Part shown: piece by piece, positions 14,377 through 27,150 of the stretch
Numbering within the stretch: position 1 is the first letter of the stretch
How the letters are laid out: every line of letters starts with the position of its first letter
Assembly: GCA_028023455.1 (NCBI GenBank)
Contig: JAQFVV010000001.1
Location: 7,502,001-7,566,000, forward strand
Length of the DNA: 64,000 nt
Direction: 5' to 3'
Source: Epiperipatus broadwayi
Taxonomy: Eukaryota; Animalia; Onychophora
The notes under the pieces: generated by a model
Seen by the model: only the letters and a program-made list of their open reading frames with translations
Database searches by the model: none
What the model was told of the DNA's origin: nothing
Made by a program: the position numbers and the translations under genes

Positions 14377-14699
14377 CTGAAAAAAAAAAAAAGAAGAAAA
14401 ATATAAATTTATATCTTGTTAAAGTAAATCAGTCATTTACGATGAAATGGCATATTTACAATTAAAGAATGATGATTTTTGAAAGCATTTCATAATTCTA
14501 AATATCATAGATATCCCAATCATGTATTATAAACATTCATCAGTAATATTGTTTGCAGACATTTATTAGTTATATTATTCTCCTGAAAGTTTGTGATGAT
14601 GGTATTTTAATTGTAATTATATATTGGCTTATTCAATCATTTAATATTAGCCTTTTTTAAAAAAAAAAAAAAATCAAATTTTATTTAAACTTTTCAAAT

Positions 14700-15865
14700 T
14701 CTTCCAACTGTTAATAGTAGCACACACGTTGGATATAGGCTTGTTTCAAGAGATATTATTCTCTTCTTGATCAGTGATGGTACTAGTCTGGGAAATAAAC
14801 CAAAAATCTTTAGATTTGTGAATATTGAATTTAAGCTGACATTCTACCTACCTAGGTTGCCAAAGGCAACAGAAATTTCATATACTTATTAATGAGAGTC
14901 TTGCTGATTTCTCCATTTTTTTCTTAAGAGCAATTAATGAATGGTTTCCAAACATTTAAGAATCAACATAATAGGATGATTTATGGAATTATTTGCTATG
15001 GTCATACGAGGAGCTTTAAAAAATTTTCTTTTTTACATTTTTCTCTCTCTTTCCAATATTTTAATATTATACTTTAGATATATCTGTTTTTTTTTTTCTT
15101 TCAATCATCAGTTTGTATTCTTTTAATTACTCAATGGGACTTGTTTCACCAATATACATCCATATATACGAGATATTTTGTAGATGCAGTTTTTATTTTT
15201 CAGCATTTTTTAGATTTTGTAGCAGCTAAGATTTCTCAGTGTAGTATGGCTTTAAAGTTGTTCTCATATTGTAACGGCTATAAATTTTAATTTACTTTAT
15301 CTGCAATATGGAGACATTGCAGTATTTATAATTATTTTTTCTTTTGATTTTTTTATTTATTTATTGTCTCTTTAAGGATTTCTTAATGACAGTTGGATAA
15401 TCATTTTCATGATTTTGTTCTTTGTATGTCTTTTCTTTTTCAAAATCAATGGTTTCTAAACCAATTCCTTTTGCAAATTCCATGTTCTTTCATGTATCTG
15501 TGTGTTTTCTGTAAACTATACTTTTGATTTTGCCATGAGGGAATCTTAACAAAAACATCCAAGAATGACAATTTTTATTCTTGTTCTGATTCTGTTGTGA
15601 ATTTAACTGAAGAGGATATGCTATTGATATATGCCATACCATAAATGTATCATCATAGCAAATGTAAGCTTTAAGTTGATACTGAGTAGTATTTATTATT
15701 GTGGTTCAAATTTTTCCATGTAAACTTAATAATCAGAGATGTCTGTTGCAAATTCATAGCCAAACAGTAAATACTAGTCCATAACCATCTAAAGTCTGAT
15801 TTTGCTACGTCAATGATACATTTGTATTATGACCACATAGTGAAGCACTTCTACAAACATTCTGG
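14700..15865 (-). mobile_element. Penelope-like element fragment (RT C-terminus, GIY-YIG, pLTR)
   Basis: YDDTFMVW, KFTTESEQE.KLSFLDVFVK...VYRK, NCIYKI...YIGET, terminal WKPFI motif. Confidence 0.8.
14743..14774 (-). ncRNA. Decayed hammerhead-ribozyme-like motif in Penelope pLTR
   Basis: CTGATcA-ag-AAGAGA-ataata-TCTCTT-GAAAC. The core has one mismatch to CUGANGA, so it is probably inactive. Confidence 0.5.
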
Positions 15866-17050
15866 ATACATATTCCCTTCAATTAAATTCACACTATAAT
15901 TGGAACAAGAACAAAATTGGCTTTCTTGTATACAAGGCAGGATTTATAATTTTTTAGGTTTTAAGATAACAAAAAATTGAGACCCCTTCCTTAAATTTTT
16001 TTAATTGTATAAAAAAGACACATATATCTATTTAGGCAAATTATTAATACATAGCACCGTCTTTATTAAATTATTTTAACTTTGAGATGTGTACAATATC
16101 AATTAAACAAAATATAAAATAAAAACATACAAATATGTCTAACACAAACATTGTATTCTTTGAAAATGAAACAAATCTAAAAATGCCATCTACGCAATTT
16201 TCAAATTTTTTCTTAAAATTTAGAGGCCTCCTGAAAACTGAGCCCCAATCTTTAACTTATTTGGCTTAATGGTAAATCTGGCAATACTTGTATGTTTTTG
16301 TGAAGACTCCCTCATGGCAAAATAAAAGCTACAGTTCACAGAAAACCTCCTCCCACACAGAAAAATACTTAACATATACCTCTAATCATGACAAAAATAC
16401 AAAATGTTGAATTATAATATTACTATGAAACAGAAAAAAGGAAGTTTTTTCAGAAGCCAATGATTGGCAAAAGATCTACATAAAACAAATTTATGAAAAA
16501 TGGTTATATATAAGCTGTTAGTAAGAAAACTTGAAATAGGCAAAAGAAACAACAAAAGAAAGTCAAATTATAAATAATGTAGTGCATCCATGTATACTAA
16601 GAATGGTAGACAAACTAAAGTAAATTTGCAATCAATAAAACAACTGATCAGAATTCTTAACCTCAGCAAAACCTAAACTTAAAATCCTGAAAAACAAAAA
16701 TTGCATCCACAAAATATTATGTAAATGCGGAAAGATGTATATTGGTGAAATTAATAAACTTATTGAAAAGCAAATAACAGAGCAATAGAAATATCTTAAG
16801 TAGCTGAAAATTTATGTACCAATGATTGTTTGAGATAAAGATCAAAATATCAAGAGAAAAAAATTGTCCACATAATAATGGCAAATAATATTATACGACA
16901 GCCTACTGTGATAATTCATAATGTTTGGAAACCATTCATTAACCTTGCCTTTAAGGTTCCTGGTTTGATTCTCATACCAGTACTGTCACTGGTTAGGACA
17001 GCAATATTTGAGAAGAGAGAAAAAATACCATTCAAATTGTCGTGTTATAA
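15866..17050 (+). mobile_element. Penelope-like element fragment, inverted partner of 14700-15865
   Basis: PSIKFTL.LEQEQ, HTEKYLTYTSNH, CIHKILCKCGKMYIGE, NVWKPFI. Same region as the minus copy, opposite orientation. Confidence 0.8.
15933..16286. mobile_element. hAT-type MITE inserted in the Penelope fragment
   Basis: 8-bp TSD cttgtata/cttgtatg. Degenerate TIRs caaggcaggattta...taaatctggcaata. Removing it restores the Penelope FLDVFVK coding segment. Confidence 0.75.
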
Positions 17051-17449
17051 ACTAATCTGTGAGCTGTAACTAGCAGTTGAATGTATTTCAAGAATTTAAA
17101 ATTTATCTAAAAATATTTAACAATGAATATTAGATGACAGAAATAGCCCACTATATAGTTACACTGATTATTAATCTTTTCTCTTCTTTTATAAATAGGA
17201 TCTAAAAAATAAGAACTATTTTTCTTTAAGTAGTTTCATTTTAATAAAGCTGTGAAAAGAAATGTAAGACTAATTTATAATTAAAAGAGGTCACATTCCA
17301 TTATTCAAAATTGTTACATTGTTTAATGTTTTAAGATTAGCCATTTCAAAATGATGATCACATTCAATAAAGATAGGCAAATAAAACCTGCTAGAATATA
17401 AATATAGCAGATAATCAATATTTATCAAGAGGAAATGAGATTTTACACA

Positions 17450-18110
17450 AGCCCAAAATCATGCAGAGATTCAAACACAAACATTTCAGCATTAACAAAA
17501 CAATATATTGTTAGAGCATAATATTTATAGTTAAATTATCATTTCATTACTGACTTCTGACATTAATGGTATGATGAGTAGAATGTCATAAACATAACTA
17601 AATAATGAACAACTAAAAACATAACTTATAATTAAATATATTCTTTTTTAAACTTTGTCTCTGTCATCAAAAAAAGTTTATCAACATGACTATTATTATT
17701 TGGATGGTGATATTATATATTTTTAATATAATCATTTAATATAGAGTACCATAGCTGCAGATAGAATATTTTCAGGTATCACTCATTTTATGATCTAAAA
17801 CACTGTTTATTATTGCCATTTTCTGTGATAACTAATTTCTAATTCATACAATCTTCTCAAATAGCAGTTTAAAAAGACATTATACATTTCATGATTTTTC
17901 CTCATTCTGGAAAACTAATTTCAGATCATTGTCTTCCACTAACATTTCTGACAAAATTTTAATTATCATGAGAAATGACATTAACAATATTCATTTAAAT
18001 ATTGGCTCATAGAATTCCATCCCATGAATAATACAAGCATTTCTCAACATAAGTAGTGGTTCTATATTGTTCACTTATACTGTACACTTTTGAATCTTTA
18101 TATAATATAA
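17450..18110 (-). pseudogene. Highly decayed CR1/L2-like RT fragment
   Basis: VIPENILSAAMVLYIK resembles GVPQGSILSP.LF.LYIND, followed by an LFFDD-like (LFADD) motif. Confidence 0.4.
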
Positions 18111-18605
18111 ACCTAATATATTAATATATATATATATTTGGATTACTATTAAAATAAACTTTTAGATGTATTTAATATTAGTTGTCTGGCAATAAAATGC
18201 AAATAATAGAAAAATTTGTGGACTGATGTTTTGATGTGATGCGATACTTATAAGTTCACTGGTAAACTATGCATGCATACGTATCCAAAAACCATTACTT
18301 ATTGTGTATATAACAAAATTTATTTCCATTAAAATATAATATGATATATGAAGACTTTGCTACTGACAAAATTTATTTCTAAAGCATTTAAGAAGTAATA
18401 AAAAAACCTGTTCTGCAGTTTTATTTTTAATATTCATTTAATGATATAATAAAGTAATCTTACATTAATTTCAGTTTTTCTTTTTCAAAAAATAAATAAA
18501 TCATGTAATCATAGTAGTTTTAAATCTTTCAAGAAATAAGGTGGCAAATTATTTTGAGAGTTTAAATAGTCATTTTAGTAATTGACTAATAATAATGATC
18601 AAAGT

Positions 18606-18660
18606 CAATTCATATCAAAGGTATCATGCATTCAATTCATATCAAAGGTATCATGCATTC
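18606..18660. repeat. Perfect 27-bp tandem duplication
   Basis: caattcatatcaaaggtatcatgcatt x2. Confidence 0.95.
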
Positions 18661-18744
18661 CAGAAATACTTTGTTTTCCAGATTAAACACTGTGGCAGGA
18701 ATTATTATTTTATGGGAAGAATACTGGATAAATGGAATTGAAAG

Positions 18745-19210
18745 TGTGCTGAATGGTAAGACGGATTAACTCTAGAAATAATGACTAGAGGGAGTGGCAG
18801 GCAGAGAGTATTGATGTAAGAATGAAAATAGAAAAGGCATTTTTCGGGTTTTCCTTCGATTAACTTCCTTCCCGCTGCAAGCCTAAAAGAAGACAAAATG
18901 AAGAAGTTAACAGCCTGTATAATTATTATAATCTAAGGACTGCTAAAGTATAGTGAACTGAATAGATATGAGGTAATGAAAGAGACTACATTAGTATTAA
19001 GTTATGCCATAAATAATCAAACTAATGTATCATCGGATAACCGATAACGAAATTGTAATGTTAATAATCCTTGGTTTTTGTATCTTAATTCAATGTTATA
19101 TATGCTTTTTGTTTTACGATAATAATAAAATATATAAAACTACAAGTCTCCATGAGCCTATTTTCATTTATGCAATTTCAGCTGAGTTTTAACTCCCTGA
19201 AAACACTGCA
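18745..19210 (+). repeat. 5' LTR of element #2
   Basis: Direct repeat of 23105-23564. Confidence 0.95.
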
Positions 19211-22200
19211 GATGGCGCAGTCACAGGTAATGGAGGTCGTTATTTTGTAAACAAAAGCGAGAAGATAAAAAGCAATTTTAAATAGCTCATATGAACATGG
19301 CTTTTCCTTAACAAAATATCCGAGAATTTTGAGATCGGAAATCAGCTGGATGGATCCTACACATGTAACAGTTGGAACGATACATGAGGCTGAATAAAAT
19401 CGAAGACAACGAAACTAAAGGCTCGACATTATTCTTCTTCATTGTAACAGATGTATTGCAAATTGTCAAACAATTAACGGACAATAAAATCCCAGAACAG
19501 TTATCGCACACAGTATTAGCGGGAAAACTTACTGCATATTTTCAGCCTGAAGTTACCAAAAGAGTCGCATGCTTGCAGTTTAGAATATGAAAATAACATC
19601 CACACGAAATCTACTATGAATATAATATTGCGTTGCGAGTCTTGGCACGAAACTGTTTATTTCCTGATCTTGTCGATATGTTCTTAGATCAATTTCTCTA
19701 TGGCATGATCGATCATAATTTGAGAAAATTATTGCTCAGCGAAATAAACATCGATTACAACACTGCAATTACTAAATATATTGCTCATGAGATGATGGTA
19801 ACAAACACGATGGAATTCCAAGCTGGAACTAAGGAAGCAAATATTGCTGTAAGCATCTGTAAAAGGAAACAGCAGAAACATCATCACAAATACTGAGAGA
19901 TGATTTTATTTTGTTTTGTTGCAGCATAAAGGAATATATAAAAAGAGTTTGCAAATTCAAAAACCAAAAGTGCCGTATTTGTGGCACAAAAGGCCACATG
20001 GCGAGCAATTGCAGAGAGAATAACAATCAATAACAGACACATGTAAAATTAACCGGAACCATGGAAAAAAGATCAGAAATTAAAGGAGTAAAAAGTAAGA
20101 TAAGTGAACAGATTATACTAGATTTAATAATCGTGGAAACTAAAGTTACAATGGAGATAAACAGTGAAGCAGAGATTATCCATCATGTCTCTAATGGATT
20201 GGAACAAAATAAATTCTACACACAAGTCAAAATTAAATCTAGATAAAACAAATGTAATCGCCATGGACGTGAATGGTAATAACATACCAGTCTGTGGGAA
20301 GGTTTCTGTTCCAGTAAGATTAAATAATAAAAACAAAACCCTACCTTTGTATATAGTCAAGAAGAACATCAAACCCTTAATAGGCAAAAATTGGTTTCAC
20401 CCATTGGCCATATCCATTCAGATTATCAAAACAGTAAAACTAAAAAATATAGTGCATAAGCAGTTCCCAAAAAGAAAACTTGACCGTTTTAGGGATAAAT
20501 CCACTAAATATTGAATTAACTGAAGATACAGACCAGTGATGTGTAAACCTTGGAAGGTTCCTTTTGCACTCAGAACCAAGATTGAAGAGAGTTTAGCAAG
20601 TCTCGTAAGGAAAAGCGTGTTATCACCCATTAGAAGATTCATATTGGGCCACACCAATTGTGGTAGTAGCAAAACAAGATAGAAACTTACGGATCTGCAG
20701 AGATTACAGGGTTATCTAAACAAAAGTGCATACCCTATTCCAAATGGTGCAGAAATACTGGCTTCACTTCAGAAAGCTGCCGATTTTGCAAAAATTGACC
20801 TCAAGTCTGCTTTCCATCAGATCCCAATCACTGATAAGATAGCCAAAATATTAACCTTGATGTACACATGTCGGACTTTTCCAATGCAGCAAATTGCCAT
20901 TCGGAATTACGACAGTCCCTAATATTTTTCAATCCAAGATTGATCAATTGATGCATAATGTGAAGGGCGTAATCCCAAATCTGGATGACTTATTGATTTA
21001 TGCTCAGTCAGAGACGGAATTGGAAGAACATATACTTACCAAATGTGCTAGACTGGAAATTAAAATTAATGTCACCACAAGTATTTGGTCTACGAGAGAA
21101 ATCAAGTTTTTGGGACACATCTTTAACCAAAATGGCAAACGCCCAAATCTGGAAAAGATCATAGCCATAAAAAATGCTCACACACCAAAAAATGCAAAGG
21201 ACTTGCAGGCTTTTTTGGGACTACTTTGTTTCTATGAAGCTTTTTTGAAGGAAAAATCACACAATTTAGAACCCTTGTATATACTACTACACAAGGGACA
21301 ATGTTGGAAGTGGCAGACCGACATTCCAGATAGCAAAAGATCTATTATCTTCAGAAAGCTATCAGAAGTGATCAAGAAATTAAAGTCTCCTCAGATGCTT
21401 CTAAGAATGGCATTGGAGCTGTAATCTCTCACCAAATAAATGGTGATGAGGACATCTGCTCCTCACTTTTCATCAATTGGACTAAAGCCCTCACTATTAT
21501 TTTTGCAGTAAAAAATTTCTCCCAATATTTTTTTGGGAGTTTCTTTTTTTTGGACCATCATCCATTATTAGGCATATTAGGAAAAAACAAAATAACTCCT
21601 GACTATAGCAGCCAAAGGATGTTACGATGGATAAACATTCTTGTAGCCTATGATTACAACTTAATGTATAATCCAGAAAAACAAATACCATATGCCGATG
21701 CTCTATCATGCCTATGTAAAAGCTGATAGGTCACATGAATTTGTGGAGGTAAATGTACTAGAAGTGATCAAATTGAATGATATCTTGAATAGTGCCAAGA
21801 TAGTGGAATGGCCACTTAGAGACCCTGGCTGTCATCAGATGATAATGAGGATTAAAAAAAGATGGCCTAACCACCGCCCAAAAACTCTACATACAGGTAT
21901 CTGGAATGCTCGTCAATATCAATCAATCTGTAATGATTGCATCACTAGAGCAGATCGAATGTTCATACCTATGGAGGGATGTTCACAGGTATTAAGATTA
22001 CTCCATGTTGGACACCCTGGGATAGTGAGGGATGAAGGCCCTATCTCGATTATATGTGGTGGCCACACATTTACCAAGATTGAGAGGCTGGTGAAGCAAT
22101 GTCATAATTGCCAAGGTGCAGCCAACTTGCCAAATAGTAAACCCTGGGAACATGTTCACATTGACCATGAAGGCTCTATAAATGGACACTTGGTTTTAAC

Positions 22201-23104
22201 AGTTGTGAACTCTTACAGCAATTGAAGTGAATATTGTTTAGTCAAATCAGTTAATGCCAATTGTACCATAAAGGCTTTCCAAAAATTTTTTGCCACACAT
22301 GGATATCCGGATATGCTAGTATCAAATAATGGGACGAGTTTACCTGTCTGAAGGGGGATTCAACACATCCTGACACCTTCCTATCATCTTGCCTAAAATG
22401 AATTGGCTGAAAGAGCAGACCAAAGCTTAAAAAAGGGCTTGAAGAAAATAAGCTACACAAAAACAGATAAAGCGTTTTAATGGAGATCCCATGTTTTTCC
22501 AACATTTCCTATCTCAATAAAATAATGGGAAATCACATGCTGATCTACTATTCAGCAGGACTTGTCATGGCAAAAATTATGCCTCAGGAGGAAAGAACTG
22601 AAAAGGTCCAGAGGTCTACCCGGACACTCATAAACATTTCCCAAAGTTTAGAAGGGATGATCTAGTATGGGTATGAGACATCATATAGAAGTGGACACCC
22701 GGAATTGTTATAAATCTGATGTCTATAGTTATTTATAACATAAGATTTTAGCACGTGTGCGTGTGAGCTGAGCACTTTCAAAGGATTGGAAAATGGTCCT
22801 TCAGTACAGACACGTAAACCATTTAAAAAAAGGGCAGCAGTTACACCATTAGATGACAACAAGACTTATTGAAACTGCTCGCCAGTGGGAATCTTTACCA
22901 AAGGAGGAAAAGGAAATGCTACCCCGAATTCCACAGGAAAAGAATCTTCTTGTTGAACCAGAGACATTAAGTATGATACAATGAAAAAACAGATTCCACT
23001 AGCTTTGCACACAATCAGACCAGGAAAATGAGAGATTTCCTGTTCTCAGAAACTCATGAGTATGACGATCAGATTAAAAGATTATATTCTAGAGTGAGGG
23101 GAGG

Positions 23105-23564
23105 TGCGCTGAATGGTAAGACAGATTCACTCCAGAAATAATGACTAGAAGGGGTGGCAAGCAGACAGCGTTGATGTAAAAATGAAAATAGAAAAGGCAT
23201 TTTTCAGGTTTTCCTTCATTAACTTACTTCCCGCTGTAAGCCTATAAGTGGACAAAATAAAGGAGTTAACAACCTGCATAATAGTTATAACCTAATGACT
23301 GCTAAAGTATAGTGAACTGAATAGATACAAGGTAATGAAAGAGACTGTTAGTATTTTAGTTATGCCATAAATAATCAAACTAATGTATCATCGGATAACT
23401 GATAACAAAATTTTAATGTTAATAATCCTTGTTTTTTTGTATCTTAATTCAATGTTATATATGCTTTTTGTTTTACGATAATAATATATTAAACTACAAA
23501 TCTCTACAAGCCTATTTTCATTTACGCAATTTCAGCTTGAGTTTAACTCCCTAAAAACACCGCA
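23105..23564 (+). repeat. 3' LTR of element #2
   Basis: Direct repeat of 18745-19210, preceded by PPT. Confidence 0.95.
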
Positions 23565-24059
23565 GAAGACAAAGTAAATTTGTTTTAAAAAATTCATAAT
23601 GCACTATCTAAGGCTTTAAGAATGGACATGGTTCAGATGATTAACAGTGGGAATCTAGCCTAATTTTTCCATCATTCAAAACAATCTGTCACACGAGATA
23701 AGATATTTATATCTAAGGAAGATTTAAATCAGTATATTTAGACCACTATTTCTTCACAATCTTAGTATTTTTGTAATTGTATATTTAAGACAGACTCAAT
23801 TAATCTATCTTTCCAGTTTTAATAAACTTTGCATGAAATATACAGGCTAAAATGTTCTATTAATATAATTTTATCAAATTATTAATTCTAAGAGAAATAA
23901 TAGAAAATCATGAGTTAATTAAACTTAGGATCTGTGATGAACCTTTAAAGAACAAAACAAAATGAATCTATTTCACAAATATTTTTTAATTGACTAATTA
24001 ATTTGTATTATAATTTTGCAAACTAAGCTCACTATGATATACTGTAAGCTACTAGAATG

Positions 24060-24670
24060 ATCTGGGGGTATGAGAAAGAGAAAAGAGATAGAGAAATATA
24101 CTAATAATATGAGAGAGGGGTATGAGAAAGAAAGAAGAGAAAATGCTAATAATGAAATGGAAGATAAAAATGATAATGATGAAAGGTAAGTGGAAAGGAA
24201 GATGATAAAGGAGGTGTAGAGAAAGATAATGCTACTAATGAAGTGAGAGAGATGTGAGAAAGAGAAATATAATACTAATAATGAAATGGAGATAATGAAT
24301 AGAATGCTAGTAATGAAATGAAGATAATGGTAAGGATAAATGAACGAAAAGAAAAGAATTGAGGAGGAAAAGAAATGGGGAAAAGTAATAGAATGATATA
24401 CGTAATGGAGAGAGAAAAGAAATGGGATGATGGAGAGATATGAAAGAGAGATATAAGAAGAAAATAGAATAAAGGAGAGAAATGAAATAAGATGATAGAA
24501 GAAACTTTTAACGAATGTTTTAAATAGCTGAGATGATAGAAAAATATGAGAGATATAAGAAGATAGAATAAAGGAGAGAGAAATGAAATGAGATGATAGA
24601 AAGAAATAAGAAATGATATGAAAAGAAATGGAATAAAATTGAAATGAAATGAAATATAAATAAGAGACTC
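24060..24670. repeat. Purine-rich (GA/GAAAT) low-complexity tract
   Basis: Almost C-free on the + strand, with an internal duplication of about 60 bp (24445-24505 and 24548-24607). Confidence 0.9.
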
Positions 24671-26299
24671 TAATCGACTCAGCTCAGTGGGGTTACAATA
24701 AATTTAAAGAAAGAGATGATGACTCCAGAGATGTACAATCAAATAAAGGTCAAATCTAATACTGATGAACTATAACTACTACAGCATATTGATATTTTAA
24801 TAAACCATACAAAAGATTATCTAAAATCACTAATCAATGCTTACAATATTAATCCTACCAATAAATTATACACTCTCTGAATAAACCTATGATGCTTTGC
24901 TTTAAAATATTATCTTATAGAATTATATTTACTAAAACAACAAGAGTAAATAACCTCAGGGATTTTAAAACTAATACTCTTGTGTAAAATTAAAGTTTAA
25001 GTTAAGTTGCCTAATAAAGAATTACTGTGATTAATAAATAAATAAGTGACATCTTAGCTGACCATAAAATAATTTTAGTATGTTCAATCTTAAAATAATA
25101 AACAAAACAAATATTAATTCACAAAATTTAATGAATCAATTTAAATTTAACTAATAATGGCCTATTATCTAAGATATTACTTGAGTAGAGAAAAGAGCAA
25201 GGGTACTTTTAATGCCTTTCCATACTCACAGACAACCACTAAAGACTTCAAATGCAAATGAATTAGAATTCTTTAAATATATTAGATTTAAGATGATGAT
25301 AAATGATGTGCAGTGAATATAAGATAAGGTGCAGCTTTTAAAATAATATTAATTAAAATATTCTTCTGAAGTACTAATATTGTTAATCTGATATTGCATA
25401 ATCTTTAGTCTGAAAGATATACTGATAATTTTAAAAAAATAAACTTTTAACTAAGTATTTAATTAGGTATCTGCTATAATGCAATTATCTGTATTTATGA
25501 TTCAATATGAGAATCATTTACTTTAACATAGCTTTTTTTAAATTTTCAAGACAATATTAACTATATTTAATTAACTTAGAATATACTTGTAAATTTCTGA
25601 ATTGAAGATTCAATAACTTTTAAATTTTAAGATTTTGTGAACTTGGAACCCAAGACAATAATATATTCTCATATAAAAGTAAAACAAAACTTGAAATAAT
25701 AATAATTTGATTTATTAATAATGAGAAGACATGTCTACAAATGTAATAGAATACAAACAATGCCAATACCGCACTAAGATTTAATATAATTATTTGGACT
25801 CTTAACAGTTTTATTTAACTTACACTAATACACTTAATAACCTACAAAGGTTATTCACTGTTACTTTCTTTTAATAATTATATTTTTCTCAAAAAAAAAA
25901 ATAAAAAATTTAAAATTTACTTATCATATGTACTTAATAAGCACACTATTATCGTTCTTTATTAGACTAATTGATAACATTATTGTGTCATCTAATAATC
26001 AGAATGACACACAGAACTAGGTTTATATTGAAAACCCTAAGCTTAATTTTATACTCCTAAACCTAATAAACGTTAAGTTGGAATAAGCATATTCAACAAT
26101 ACTTTTTAAAAATATCATCACTAGTTTCACGGATATAACTAGTATCACAGCTAGATATATGTTTAAATCAGATTAAGCTAATATTAAAATTAAACTAAAT
26201 TAAGTGTATGGGACAATCATTCATCAGAGATCAGTTATACTTTTTTTTTTTTTAAATAACTTTAGTCCACATAAAATTATTCCCTCAATGTTTTAAAGA

Positions 26300-27150
26300 T
26301 AATGATGTAACAGACTTACAAATCCAGCGGCGAAATTCTGGATGAAAATATTATATTAGTATGTGTGAATTGCCACTTATACCATATGCATATTTAACAT
26401 ACTTTAAAATAAATATAACTTATTGTTGGTTAGCTTGTGCGTGATAAAACTATCATAGCAACACAATTCAAACATTGATACCTGAAGAATTACTTTTCCT
26501 CAAACAAGCATATCTTGTCATCACAAATCTAAAACAAATGCAACATCACCTACTGTGGTGGAATTAGCATTAAATCATCATGAATGATAGCAAAAAATAT
26601 AAAAATACTAGGCTCCTCAGAGCTGGAAATGAATGTGGTGGTTTCCAAAATACCTAACTACGAGGCAAAATTAAGATGTCTGGTATTCATCTTCAGTACA
26701 TCTGGAAACAGGAACACTCACCAGAAAAGCACAATCCTCTCATGGGATTTCCAATGCTTACAAATGTGATCATCATCACTGAAAAATACAATACAATATC
26801 CTCTTTTTGAAAATAAGCACTATCAAATCATGGAAATACAATACAATAAGGATGGAGGATTTTATCTACTCCATAAGCATATTCAAAAATTATTACTAAG
26901 CCTAACTCTTGAGGCTAACAAATACTAACTAATAGCAAGATATATATACTTCACCTTAATTAATTAAGTTATTCCTAAGAAGTTTAAAAATACAAAACAT
27001 ATATCCAATGTTCGAACCAACAAAGCAAACTATGTGTCAACTGACTACTGTAGAAAATACTTTGAAATTAAATGCATATAAAATTCTAGGCAAGGCACAA
27101 TGCACACATAACAAAATATTGAATGCTAAAATATAGTAACTAGTGGACTT
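26300..27150 (+). pseudogene. Highly decayed non-LTR RT fragment
   Basis: FPQTSI (cf. PQGSI), ITYCGGISI (cf. YADDIAI) and LRCLVFIF (cf. LKYLGVIF) occur in the expected order. Confidence 0.35.

Larger units (their letters stand above)
18745..23564 (+). mobile_element. Structurally complete but inactivated Ty3/gypsy (Mag-like) LTR retrotransposon #2
   Basis: TG...CA LTRs 18745-19210 and 23105-23564, PBS tggcgcagtcacagg at 19213 (tRNA-Ser type), gag with CCHC knuckle, protease, RT (PFGITTVPNIFQ...LDDLLI), RNase H, integrase (LHVGHPG, PWEHVHID), PPT 23091-23104, imperfect TSD gaaag/gaag. Fragmented by stops and frameshifts. Confidence 0.95.

Noticed and set aside
26319-26336. 18-nt microexon candidate (NFAAGF) near 26.3 kb with good-looking splice sites
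   Set aside because: Part of a small palindrome within TE-derived sequence. No support, and not needed for the HMMR frame; coordinates approximate.
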